Source: a bacterium (lineage in GTDB: Bacteria > UBA8248 > JACPRG01 > G963555815). Taken from it: 64,000 nucleotides of DNA. The notes below the pieces were generated by a model, which was not told the DNA's origin, searched no databases, and saw only the letters and a program-made list of their open reading frames with translations. The stretch covers positions 736,001-800,000 of the forward strand of contig CBDHDG010000004.1 in the NCBI GenBank assembly GCA_965261595.1, written 5' to 3'. Both the position numbers and the translations under genes were made by a program. Within the stretch, counting starts at the first letter, position 1; each line of letters starts with the position of its first letter. Below, piece after piece: positions 38,097 through 47,775 of this stretch.

Positions 38097-38735
38097 TCAG
38101 GAACCGGACGTGGAGAGAGCGGGGATCGCCTGCAGGACACGCAAAGGAACAAACCTTTCGGCCAGTTGGATGTGGACCTGCGTGCCCCGAAACTGGGCCG
38201 TCGCCAGGGCCACGTCCACGATGGTCAGACTCTCAATCTTCGTGCGCGTCACCTGGGAGGCGTGGGCGTTGAGGGCCGAGAGCTTCTTGGAGAAGGTGGA
38301 GGAGATATCCACGAAAACCGACGGATGGAAATCCCGCGTGCTCGGTCCTTCGTAGAACAGGACGTTGGGCACGAAGCGGGTGGCGGAGATCGCGGCGTCG
38401 CAAAGGTTCCGGTGGTCCTGGTGGGTGTCCTGACCGTAATGGATGAAAACGATTTCCGGCCGGACCTGATTGAGGAGGTTCTCGATGCGGGTGATGAGGG
38501 ACTTATCGACGGGGATCTTGGTGTCTTCGTAGTCCCCGACAAACAACTCCTTCGCCTCCAGGATCTCGGCCGCCTTTTCCTGCTCGGCGTTGCGGACCTC
38601 GGCGTCGCCTCCCGAGGCGCCGGTGGTGAGAACAAACAGGTAGACATTGTGGCCCGCCCCGCTGTAGCGCGACAGGGCCCCGCCGCACCCGAACTCGATG
38701 TCGTCCGGATGGGAGCCGATCGCCAAAATGTTCAT
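38097..38735 (-). CDS. PIG-L / LmbE family N-deacetylase
   Basis: SHPDDIEFGCGG, DTHQDH, HASQ. Confidence 0.93.
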   Translation of the reverse strand: MNILAIGSHPDDIEFGCGGALSRYSGAGHNVYLFVLTTGASGGDAEVRNAEQEKAAEILEAKELFVGDYEDTKIPVDKSLITRIENLLNQVRPEIVFIHYGQDTHQDHRNLCDAAISATRFVPNVLFYEGPSTRDFHPSVFVDISSTFSKKLSALNAHASQVTRTKIESLTIVDVALATAQFRGTQVHIQLAERFVPLRVLQAIPALSTSGS

Positions 38736-39427
38736 GATTCCTGCCTCTCCGCAAAGAAGGAGCGCGACGCGGCGGGACCGCGGTGAAAGAAGTAATCGAT
38801 GGCCGACAAATTCGGGATGAACTCCCCGAAGACCTGATCATACCGGGGACACTCGAATTTTTGAAACCGGACCTCGATGCGGGCCTCCTCGAAGGCCGGC
38901 AGGTCCATGTAGTCCGCGCCGCCCGCCCCGGCCAGGTAGGTGTCGGCCTCCAAGGCCCGGCACGCCTCGATGAGGCGGCGGCTCGGGTCCGCCGGCAGAG
39001 AAAACTCCGAGGCCAAACGTAGCGGCGTCACGATGCCCCCCATCTCCAGAAAGGCCCGGATGACCCTGAGGTTGAGCGCCTAAAGCCATTCCCATCCTCG
39101 CGGGTCCTCCCAGATAAACGAAACCGCCGCCATCACCTCATCGAAGTGAGGGGTCCGGGCGTAGGAGGACACGAGGGCCTCCCGGTGTTTGCGTCTCCAG
39201 GGGGCGCCGCGATCGACGCCCACCTCCCGAATCCGCTCGGGAAACCGGTAGGTCACCGGAACGGTCACCCACTGCCAGCCCTCGGCCGATTTGATCCGGT
39301 TGCGGTTCTGCCATTCGTTCTTCTTGTACTGAACGTCATCCAGGATCAGAAACACGTCGGCGCCCGCGATTTTGTGCAGATACCCCAGCCAGGGAAGGTA
39401 TTGGGGCTGGTGGGCCGCAAGGATCAT
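38732..39427 (-). pseudogene. WbqC-like protein interrupted by an in-frame TAG at 39080-39082
   Basis: HQPQYLPWLGY, WQNRNRI, then WEWL*ALNLRVIRAFLEMGGI in the same frame, then YLAGAGGADY and NLSAID. Confidence 0.85.
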
Positions 39428-40989
39428 GGGGCGGGTCCGCTTCGGGCGGCGGCCGAATACTTCACAAAAACCGGATTGGTCAAAATCCGCGCGCCCGACG
39501 GCCCCCAAACCTCCAGCCGATAGTAACGGGTCTTTCCCGGAGCGGCGAAGTCGTCGGCGAAGGATTCCTCCAACGGCGTCGCCCCATCGAAGGTCTTGAT
39601 GGTCCGGCCCTGCCGGATGATCCGGACGGTGACTCGCCTCGGGCCCAGGTCGCCGGCGGTGATTTGAAAGCTCACGGTCACCGGACCGGGCGAGTCCAGC
39701 GTATGGCCCGGAACGGCCTCGATGGCCGCCAGCCCCCGGGGAGTGACGGAAAACCGGCTGAGCTCCAGGCGGACCCCGTCGCCCTCGCGCAGGGCGTACA
39801 TCCGTCCCCCGCGAAAGGCGTCCAGGACCGCGGCCTGGGACCTCTCTTCCAGATAAAGGACGGTTTGAACCTTGATGGAAAACGCTCCCCCCCGCTCCCC
39901 GGCCGTCGCCCCGCCGTCGCCCCGGATCCTTTCGGCGGCGCCGAAGATCCAGGGAGGCCGGCCGCGTCGGCCCTCTGTGAAATCACCGAGCATCTTGTCC
40001 CAGACACCGCCGGGCGCCGTCGGAGCGGGGCGGCCCGCGGTGAAGGCGTCGAAGGCGGTGTAACCCCAGGTGCTCTCCAAAAGGTCCGGATGGGGGCGGG
40101 AGACCAGCCGCGCCGTCCCCGCCTTTTCGTCCCGGCCCTCTCCGACTTCCCCCGGCCACAGGGTGACGCCGCCGCGGGCGTTGACAAAATCGATGAGGAA
40201 CTGGTACGGCAGCGCGCCCTGATCCCCGTGGTAGGCGTCGAAGGGAGAGGTGGAGAACGGGTGGTGATTCACGGCGGACAGGCCTCCCGCCATGAAAACC
40301 AGGAAAGCCAGCACGCGCCGCCTCCTGAACCCGAAGAAGAGGATCAATCCGATAAGCGCCGCCCCCAGGAAAAAGGCCGTCCCGATCCAAAGCCCGCGGG
40401 CGTAGAGCAGGGTGTAGCCGCCGTGGATCTCCGGGAGATTCTCGAAGGCCCCCGGCCGGTTATTCATGCCGAAGACCATCATCCGGGCGTGCCACTGACG
40501 CGCGGTGAGGTCGCCCTGAAACGGGCTGCCTGTCCAGTAGTAGAAGGGCGTCGTCGTGACGCCGGGGATGATGACGGTGCGGGGGTGCTTTTCATCGGCG
40601 GCCAGGACGGTCCTCAAGTAAGACGGAACCCCGCTCGTGTAAACCGACGGGAATTCCTGCTTCTTGCGCAGCAGGTTGCGAAATGGCGGCAGCCCCCAGG
40701 ACAGGGAGAGACGGTGATGGTCGGCGAACAGGATCGGTGAAATCCCCAACCGCTGCGCTTTTGCGCTTAAAGCCTCGACGGATTCGCCTTCTCCGCTGAA
40801 GTTGGAGCGAACCCCGACCCACGCCCGGTAACGCTGAGCCTTCCGGGCTTCGGCCTCCGCCGGGAGCGGCGCGAAGCACGCGAAAACGAGCAGCGGGACC
40901 GCGATCCACCCGAAGACCGCCGGCCGCGGACGGCCGTTCCGCCCCCGGCGTTCTTTACCCCCGACCCTCCGGCGCCCCCCTCGCATCAT
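39424..40989 (-). CDS. Hypothetical membrane-anchored protein with PHP-like fold
   Basis: Signal peptide, FADHH, internal TM pair, GRMYA, C-terminal YYRLEV-LTNPVF typical of PHP-associated proteins. Confidence 0.6.
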   Translation of the reverse strand: MMRGGRRRVGGKERRGRNGRPRPAVFGWIAVPLLVFACFAPLPAEAEARKAQRYRAWVGVRSNFSGEGESVEALSAKAQRLGISPILFADHHRLSLSWGLPPFRNLLRKKQEFPSVYTSGVPSYLRTVLAADEKHPRTVIIPGVTTTPFYYWTGSPFQGDLTARQWHARMMVFGMNNRPGAFENLPEIHGGYTLLYARGLWIGTAFFLGAALIGLILFFGFRRRRVLAFLVFMAGGLSAVNHHPFSTSPFDAYHGDQGALPYQFLIDFVNARGGVTLWPGEVGEGRDEKAGTARLVSRPHPDLLESTWGYTAFDAFTAGRPAPTAPGGVWDKMLGDFTEGRRGRPPWIFGAAERIRGDGGATAGERGGAFSIKVQTVLYLEERSQAAVLDAFRGGRMYALREGDGVRLELSRFSVTPRGLAAIEAVPGHTLDSPGPVTVSFQITAGDLGPRRVTVRIIRQGRTIKTFDGATPLEESFADDFAAPGKTRYYRLEVWGPSGARILTNPVFVKYSAAARSGPAP

Positions 40990-42170
40990 GCGACCCGCTC
41001 CCGAACCAGATCCCGGTACAGGTCGCTCAACTGGTTATTCATCTTCTCCACCGTGTACGCCGCCGATTTCTCCCGGGACCGCTCCCCCATGGACCGCAGC
41101 CGCCCGCGATCATCCAGCATGCGGGAGACCGCCGCCGCCAGGGCGTCCGGCGCCCCGGCCGGGACCAAACAGCCGGAAACGCCCTCTTCCACCATGTCCG
41201 GCAAGCCGCCCACATTCGTCGCGACGACAGGAAGCCCCGAGGCCATGCCTCGACCAGCGCCCGGCCCATCCCATCGTTCAGCGAGCAAAGCACAAAGACA
41301 TCCAGGGCGTTCAGGAGCTCCGGAACGTCCGACTCCCATCCCAGAAACCGGATGCGTCCTTCCAACCCGAGGTCGCGGGTTTGCGCCTCCAGCTTCCCCT
41401 TCAGCCCGCCGTCGCCGATCAGAAGCACGACAAGGTCCGGGTGGCGGTCCACGAGGATCTTCGCGGCCACGATGAGCGTCCGCTGGTCCTTGACGGCGGT
41501 GAGTCTGCCCACCGTGCCGAGGACGGGCGCCTCCGGCGGAATTCCCAGCCGCTCCCGCACCTGCTCTTCCGCGGCCGGAGTCCGGGAAGAAGTTCTCCAG
41601 CGGAATGCCCGAGGGGATGACGCTGTATTGCTCGGGCAGACCCACGCCGAGGCCGAGGTGCTCGCGGCGGCCGCGTTCGGTCAGGGTGATGATCCGGTCG
41701 GTGAATCGGGCGCACCATCGCTCCAACGTCAGAAAGAGACGGGTCACGACGGGACCGAAGTATCCGTAGAAGACGTGTCCGTGGGGCGTGTGGATGATGA
41801 CGGGCGCCCCGGCCCACCGGGTGGCCACCCGGCCGACAATTCCGGCCTTCGAGGAATGGGTGTGAACGATATCGAACCGGCGGGCTTTGAGGAAGCGATA
41901 GATTCCGGTCACGGCGCGAACGTCCTTCGCGGGCCGAATCGACCGCACCAAGCAGGGGAGAGAGACAATTTCGATCCCTTCGTCCCGGGCTCGCCGCTCC
42001 AAGGGGCTCGCCGGCTCTCCAGGCTCTCCCGGGCCCTTCAAAACACAGGCCCGAATCCCTTTGCCCTCAAGGCCGAGAACGGTGAGCAGGGTGTTGTCCG
42101 AGGAACCGCCCCGATCCAGCCGGGTGATGATGTGACAAATCCTGACGATGCCGTCTCTGGATTCGGCCAA
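40986..42170 (-). pseudogene. Glycosyltransferase family 4 with two compensating frameshifts
   Basis: HTHSSKAG, HTPHGH in one frame; GTVGRL-KDQ-SLNDGMGRALVEA in a second frame (about 41560-41248); MASGLPVVATNVGG back in the first frame. Confidence 0.8.
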
Positions 42171-42375
42171 TGGAAAGAAGGTTCCAAAACGGAAGGGACC
42201 GTTTCTGTCCCCGGGAGCCCGAGGTCCGCCAGTAAACCGCTTTTCACACCCGGAATCGTATCAAATCGGGGTCGGACCATCAACCAAAAATCCGGTGCGA
42301 GGCGCCGGCGAACGCGAGGCGGGGGGGGGAAGACGGGGAGTCGAAGTTTTCGCCCCTCCCCTCCCCGGATCGCCC

Positions 42376-43560
42376 TCAGAGAACGCCGCTCTCTCTCAAT
42401 TCGCGGATCTCATCCCCCTGGATGCCCAGGAGGCCGCCAAGAATCGCGTCGGTGTGCTCTCCCAGCGCGGGCGCGCCGCGCTCGATCTCCGGCGGCGTCC
42501 GATCCAGCCGGACGGGGGAGTTGACGAACGGAAAAGGACCGATCCCCTCCTGTTCCCGCTCCACGATCATGTTCCTGTGGCGGACCTGGGGGTCGGCGAC
42601 CACCTGGTCGATGGTGTGCACCGGGCCGCAGGGGATGCCGATGCCGGTCAGGCAATCCAGCCAATCCGCCGTGGTACGGGTCCCAAACAGCGCGGTGAGG
42701 GGCTCCTCCATGACCGGCTGATTCCGGTAACGGCCCTCCCGCGTCTGGAGCCGGGGATCCCGGGCGAGCTCATCCAGCTTCAGCTCCCGGCAGAAACGCT
42801 CCCACTCCTCGTTCTGGACAATCGCCACCACGACGTGGCCGTCCCGGGTGGGATAGGCCTCAAAAGGCGCGGAGAGGGGATGCCGGGAGCCGATGGGCCC
42901 GGGGATCTCGTCCGTGGCGAAATACCGGGCGATGGCGTTTTCGCATAAGGCGACCTGGGTGTCCAGCATGCTCATGTCCAGACACTGCCCGACGCCGCTG
43001 CGCTCCCGCTCGAACAGGGCGGCCAACATCCCGACCGCCGTCCAGACGGCCGCCCCCAGGTCGCCGATGGAGTAGCCCGCACGGACGGGCGGTCCGCCGG
43101 GAGCGCCGGTGATGCTCATCAGTCCGCCCATGGCCTGGACAATCAAGTCGTAGGCCGGCCGCTCGGCGTAGGGCCCGGACTGACCGAACCCGGTGACGGA
43201 GGCGTAGATGAGCCGCGGGTTTCTTTCCCGGAGCGTCTCCGCCCCGAGGCCCAGGCGCTCCATCACGCCCGGCCGGAAGTTCTCGATCACGATGTCGCTC
43301 GCGTCGGCCAGCCGGAGGGCGATGTCCCGCCCCTCGGGCCGCTTCAGGTCCAGGGTGACGCTCTTCTTTCCCCGGTTGATGCTGATGAAATAGGCGCTCT
43401 GCTCCTTCACGAAGGGGCCGGAGCCGCGGGAGATGTCTCCGCTTCCCGGCCGCTCGACCTTGATGACTTCGGCCCCCAGGTCGGCCAGGATCATGGTGCT
43501 GTAGGGGCCGGCCAGGACCCGGCAAAAATCCAGGACGCGGATGCCTTCGAGGGTCTTCAA
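42376..43560 (-). CDS. CaiB/BaiF class III CoA-transferase
   Basis: LEGIRVLDF, LAGPY, LADLGAEVIKVE, NRGKKS, ENFRPG, PAYD; TTG start after AGGAG. Confidence 0.95.
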   Translation of the reverse strand: MKTLEGIRVLDFCRVLAGPYSTMILADLGAEVIKVERPGSGDISRGSGPFVKEQSAYFISINRGKKSVTLDLKRPEGRDIALRLADASDIVIENFRPGVMERLGLGAETLRERNPRLIYASVTGFGQSGPYAERPAYDLIVQAMGGLMSITGAPGGPPVRAGYSIGDLGAAVWTAVGMLAALFERERSGVGQCLDMSMLDTQVALCENAIARYFATDEIPGPIGSRHPLSAPFEAYPTRDGHVVVAIVQNEEWERFCRELKLDELARDPRLQTREGRYRNQPVMEEPLTALFGTRTTADWLDCLTGIGIPCGPVHTIDQVVADPQVRHRNMIVEREQEGIGPFPFVNSPVRLDRTPPEIERGAPALGEHTDAILGGLLGIQGDEIRELRESGVL

Positions 43561-43807
43561 TACGGCTCCTCTGGTTGAGGGTCTCTCCGCCCCGGCCCGC
43601 CGGCGGAAGGCCGGGCTTCCCAACGGGAATTTCTTATTATGCATGGCCCGAGGGGGACGCGCCACCGCCGAGGGATGGCTGCTTATTGACGGCGGCAAAC
43701 CCCGTTTTGTTCTACAATGGCGGGAGCCGGGAACTCGGCCAATCCCTCGAAACCTTCCGGGAATGAGAGGGGGGGGGGCGGCCGGACGAGGAAAAGGAAC
43801 CGGATGA

Positions 43808-44236
43808 TTGACCCCCGCTGAAAAAAGGGCGCCGGCACCGGACACCGCTTTAACCCCGGTGAAATGGCTGATTTGGGCGGCCGGGGAGATCGTGCGGAAC
43901 AAGTCCGGGGCGAGGGCAGCGCTTCAGGCGGGGTTGCGCCGAGGGGCCGCTTTGCTCCTTTGCCTGGGCGCGTGGACCGTCGCGGCGTTCCTGGTCTATG
44001 ATTCGGTCGACCGGTGGCTGGGAAGCGTGGAGGCGGGGCGGGCCATAACGGGCGTCCTGGCCTTTCCCTTCTCTCTTCTGGCCGCGGCGGGGGCGCTGAC
44101 ACTCACGGTGCGGGTGGTCCGGCGGTGGAAATTGATGGGGGAAGTCATCGCCGCCGACCCGGACGCCGTTGACACGGACCGGGCCGATTCCTATCTTAAT
44201 CATCCCCCCAAGGACCCGGATTCGGAGGGGCGTTAG
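43808..44236 (+). CDS. Hypothetical membrane protein; 3' end overlaps tRNA-Val
   Basis: Two hydrophobic segments; its TAG falls in nt 8-10 of the tRNA. Confidence 0.5.
   Translation: MTPAEKRAPAPDTALTPVKWLIWAAGEIVRNKSGARAALQAGLRRGAALLLCLGAWTVAAFLVYDSVDRWLGSVEAGRAITGVLAFPFSLLAAAGALTLTVRVVRRWKLMGEVIAADPDAVDTDRADSYLNHPPKDPDSEGR
44169..44197 (+). promoter_or_regulatory. Sigma70-type promoter for tRNA-Val
   Basis: TTGACA-17 bp-TATCTT, about 30 bp upstream of the tRNA. Confidence 0.65.
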
Positions 44237-44301
44237 CTCAGCGGCAGAGCGCTGTCCTCACACGGCAGATGTCAGTGGTTCAAATCCACTACGCCCCACC
44301 A
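44227..44301 (+). tRNA. tRNA-Val (CAC)
   Basis: GGGGCGT/ACGCCCC acceptor stem, TAGCTCAG D arm, CTGTC-CTCACAC-GGCAG anticodon arm, GGTTCAAATCC T arm, encoded CCA. Confidence 0.96.
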
Positions 44302-44353
44302 ATTTTTCCCCGCGACCTCGACAGTCCGTCTTCATGGACCGGCCTGCCGGATC

Positions 44354-45235
44354 TCAGGTTTCCTTCTTTCCCTTCTTCAGAAAATAAAAGTAATCCCTGG
44401 CGACGGGGTTGGGCTTTGTGATCTCCCCATAAAGCTCCGGCCGGCGGTCTTTGAACACGCCGGGAATCGTCCGGTAGGGTTTGGGCAGGCTCAGGCTCTC
44501 CTCCGTTTCCCGGAGCCACTTCAAACGGTCCAGGTCCAACGTGGCGTAGATGATGCCCGGCCGGGCGCTCTCGGCGAGGATTCCCTCCGGGGCGGCGATG
44601 ACGGCCAGTCCGTCCTCCATGCCGAACAGGTTCTGGGTCACCACGACGTGGCAGAGGTTCTCGCTGGCGCGGGCCCAGACGATGTTCCGCCAGGCCTCCC
44701 GAATCTCGTACAGCACGCCCCCGATGGGCGCGACGATGATGTCCGCTCCCTTCAGGGCGAGGACGCGGCTCATCTCGGGCCACCAAAGCTCTCCGCAGAT
44801 GATCGTCCCGATGTTGCCGATGGGCGTCTCGAAGACGGGAAGCTCGTTGCCCGGCGCGATGAGCTTCCCCGGCAGCAGGCCCTCGGTCACGTCCGCCGTG
44901 TTGGGCTGAGAGCGGTGATACGTCCCGATGAGGCCGCCGTCCGGACCGATGAGCTTCAGGGCCAGGCGGTAAACACCTTCCCCCACGTCGGGAGCGGCCT
45001 CCACCCAGCTTGCGATGACGTACACCCCGAACCGCTTGGCCTGCTCTGAGAGGGGATCGAGGGGGGAGTAATCGGCCGGCCCGTTGTAAGGCCCGGTATA
45101 GCCCTCGGGGAAAAGGATCAACCGGGCGCCCCGGCCCGCCGCCTCCTCGATGGCCTCGAGGGCGCGCGGAACGTTCCCGGCCTCCGCCTCCCCGCGGAGC
45201 GTATTCGGCTGCACGGCCGCAACGACGACTTTCAT
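44354..45235 (-). CDS. Carbon-nitrogen hydrolase (nitrilase superfamily)
   Basis: LILFPEG, IGTIICGELWWPE, GADII, ARASEN, DLD. Confidence 0.9.
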   Translation of the reverse strand: MKVVVAAVQPNTLRGEAEAGNVPRALEAIEEAAGRGARLILFPEGYTGPYNGPADYSPLDPLSEQAKRFGVYVIASWVEAAPDVGEGVYRLALKLIGPDGGLIGTYHRSQPNTADVTEGLLPGKLIAPGNELPVFETPIGNIGTIICGELWWPEMSRVLALKGADIIVAPIGGVLYEIREAWRNIVWARASENLCHVVVTQNLFGMEDGLAVIAAPEGILAESARPGIIYATLDLDRLKWLRETEESLSLPKPYRTIPGVFKDRRPELYGEITKPNPVARDYFYFLKKGKKET

Positions 45236-45255
45236 GGGCCTTTCCTCTTACCCGC

Positions 45256-45302
45256 AGGGCTGTTCACCCGGAGGGCTGTTCACCCGGAGGGTATCTACCC
45301 GG
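45256..45302. repeat. Short tandem repeat, 16-bp unit, two exact copies and one degenerate
   Basis: AGGGCTGTTCACCCGG x2 followed by AGGGTATCTACCCGG. Confidence 0.8.
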
Positions 45303-45306
45303 GGGG

Positions 45307-46309
45307 CTATTTAAGCGCCTTCTTCGAGAGATAGGGAACCTTCAGCTTACCGCTCTGGATGTCTTTCTCGATGGCGCGGACCCGCTTGGCCACGTCGGCC
45401 GGAACCCGCTTGTTGAAAGGCGACAGCCAGACTCCGCCATCGGTCGCGCTGACCAGGTAATGCTTCTTGAGCTTCTTGCCAGCTTTCATATCCAGGACGA
45501 TCTTTTTCAAGGCGGCATGCCAATTCCATATCGAGCTTGTGATGAACGTGTCCGGCACCAACGGTCTCATATCCACATAGATTCCGATGGCCATGATTCC
45601 CTTTTCTTCCGCGGCCTTGTAGGCCCCGAAGCCCAAGGGCTGTGCGGTCACGTCGATCACGTCCACCTTCTGGTCGACCATGGCGATGGCGGCTTCCTTG
45701 GCCTTGGGGGCGTCGAACCAGTCGTTGATGAAGATGCTCGAGATTCCGATCTTGGGGTTGATGGACCGCGCCCCCAGGTAGAATCCGTTATGGTCGGCGA
45801 TCTGTTGGGGGATGAGATATCCGCTGATGACGCCGATCTTTTGGGTCTTGGTCATCAAGGCAGCCAATATGCCGGCCAAGTAACCTGTCTCGTGCGCCTG
45901 AACCAGATAGTTCACCAGGTTCGGGATGTCCTTATTGTTGAAGAATCCCGCGACCGCGAAGGTCGTATTCGGGAAATTCTGGGCGACCTTCCGGGCGGGC
46001 GCCCCCCACGAGTACCCCTGTCCGAGGATGAGGTTGTACCCATCGACCGCCCAGCGGCGAAGCGTTCTCTCCATGTCCGCCACCTTCACGCGCTCCTAGA
46101 ACGTGACCTCGGCCACTCCGGGGTCCTTTTTGAGCTTCAAAGCTCCCTGGTATCCAGATTCGTACCAGCCTTTGTCGTTATTGGCGCCGTCGAGCCCGAT
46201 GGCGACGCGAATCTTCTTCGCCGCCGTCGCGGTTCCTCCAAATCCCGCCGCGAGCCACAAGGACACAAAAAGGCTCAGGAGAATCGCACGCCACAGTTTC
46301 CATTCTCAT
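45307..46309 (-). pseudogene. BMP-family (nucleoside-type) ABC substrate-binding protein, with a frameshift after codon 2 and an in-frame TAG at 46096-46098
   Basis: Signal peptide and NDKGWYESGYQG are in frame with ETGYLAGILAA, WFDAPKAKEAA, with TF*ERV between; the ATG after GGAGGAGG is out of frame. Confidence 0.85.
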
Positions 46310-46874
46310 CACTCACCCTCCTCCTGGTAGGATACCGATCCGCCCCGGGCGCCCCGGGAAATGGACAATCCATCGCCGGTATCAGCGATTTTCCGGATCA
46401 CCCCGCTCAACAATGCCCTGAATACATTTATCTGTATGGGAGCACACTTTGACGACAGGCTCAAGGTGTTTTTCGGAAGTCTTCCACCAAGAAAGGGGGC
46501 CAGGTCTTACATTCCAAGAATCCGCATCCGAATGGCGGCCCGGCCACACTGTGCTCCACGCAATGGAGCCCAAAGAACGCCCCGATGTCATGCAGGGTGT
46601 TGATATCGGAAGTGGACGATGAAGGCATTCAGCCCGATCGAGGCAATCCCTGCGATAGGGTCAGGCCGGCATCGAGTCGGAACAGCGCCGGGTGAATCTG
46701 AATCGGGCCTTCCGAGTTGACAATATTTTTGAAACCCGCGAGTATCTGGACAGAGAGCCGGGCAAAGGGAAAACTTTTGATCCCGGTCGATTGAGGGCAG
46801 TGCTCCACAACTGGAAATCCAGGGATGCCTTTGCCTCCATAATTTACCCAGGTGATTCTCAAGGGAGTCTGAAG

Positions 46875-47585
46875 ATGGCGGAGTATGGAAACCTAGAGAG
46901 GAAACTCTCTGAAACCTTGACCCTTCAACGGCGCCCCGTGGGCGTGACGTTCGCCGACACCCCGCCTCCGGGAGTGGCCAAATTCGAAGGGACGGAGGCG
47001 TCCGGCTGTAGCTATTGGCGGATTGCCGCAATGGGTCGCACGTTTTATACGGTTCAGGCTGACCATTACAACTGCGCGATTGGCAGCTATACGCATAACA
47101 TCCCTCTCCCGTCTGACCGGGCAAAGGAACTGGACGACACCCTGGCGTTTATGACCGATCTCAAATACCTCAGGATGGAAGAGGTCCCCGGCATAGCGCG
47201 CCTGCCCCAAACGCCGGAGGTTGTGATATACGCCCCTCTGGGAGACACGCCTGTAGACCCCGATGTGGTTCTCTTAGCCGGCCGCCCGGGCCGTTTGATG
47301 CTTCTACAAGAGGCCGCCATACGGGCAAAGGTGGAAACGCAAACACCGCTCCTGAGCCGCCCGACCTGTATGGCTTTTCCTCTCGCTCTCACCGGGGGAT
47401 TCGTTGCAAGCACGGGCTGTGTCGGGAACCGCGTTTATACCGACCTGGGGGAGGACGAGATCTATGTGGCTCTGCCGGGCCGTGACTTGCCCAAGGTGGT
47501 GGCCGAGCTCCAGACTATCGGGGAGGCCAACGCCAAACTTTCCGAATACCACCAAGCGCGACGAAAAGAGCTGACGACCGAATAG
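46875..47585 (+). CDS. DUF169 (ArCR/COG2043-like) protein
   Basis: PVGV, SGCSYW, HYNCAIG, PDVV, RPTC, STGCVGNRVYT. Confidence 0.8.
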   Translation: MAEYGNLERKLSETLTLQRRPVGVTFADTPPPGVAKFEGTEASGCSYWRIAAMGRTFYTVQADHYNCAIGSYTHNIPLPSDRAKELDDTLAFMTDLKYLRMEEVPGIARLPQTPEVVIYAPLGDTPVDPDVVLLAGRPGRLMLLQEAAIRAKVETQTPLLSRPTCMAFPLALTGGFVASTGCVGNRVYTDLGEDEIYVALPGRDLPKVVAELQTIGEANAKLSEYHQARRKELTTE

Positions 47586-47775
47586 GCCTTTGTCCGCCCC
47601 TCCGTTCTCTCAAAACGGTGGGGCGGGCGTCTCGGCCAGCTTGGACAGCATGCCACGGGAGGTTGGTCCGCCGGCGACTTCCTTTCCCCGGCAGCGTGTC
47701 AAAAAACCGCGGCGCACATGCCGCCGAGGCGCGAAAGAACACCTCTTTCACGTCCTTCACCCGGCTTAAACACCG

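Noticed and set aside
39080..46098. TAG reassignment or pyrrolysine read-through suggested by two in-frame TAGs (wbqC, BMP)
   Set aside because: TAG ends many intact genes here (for example at 1943, 11944, 18682, 23826, 36928); an in-frame TAA and frameshifts also occur; no pyl genes in the window
46320..46874. Gene or RNA in the 550-bp gap before the DUF169 gene
   Set aside because: No frame gives a recognisable protein and no RNA motif is evident; possibly a decayed remnant
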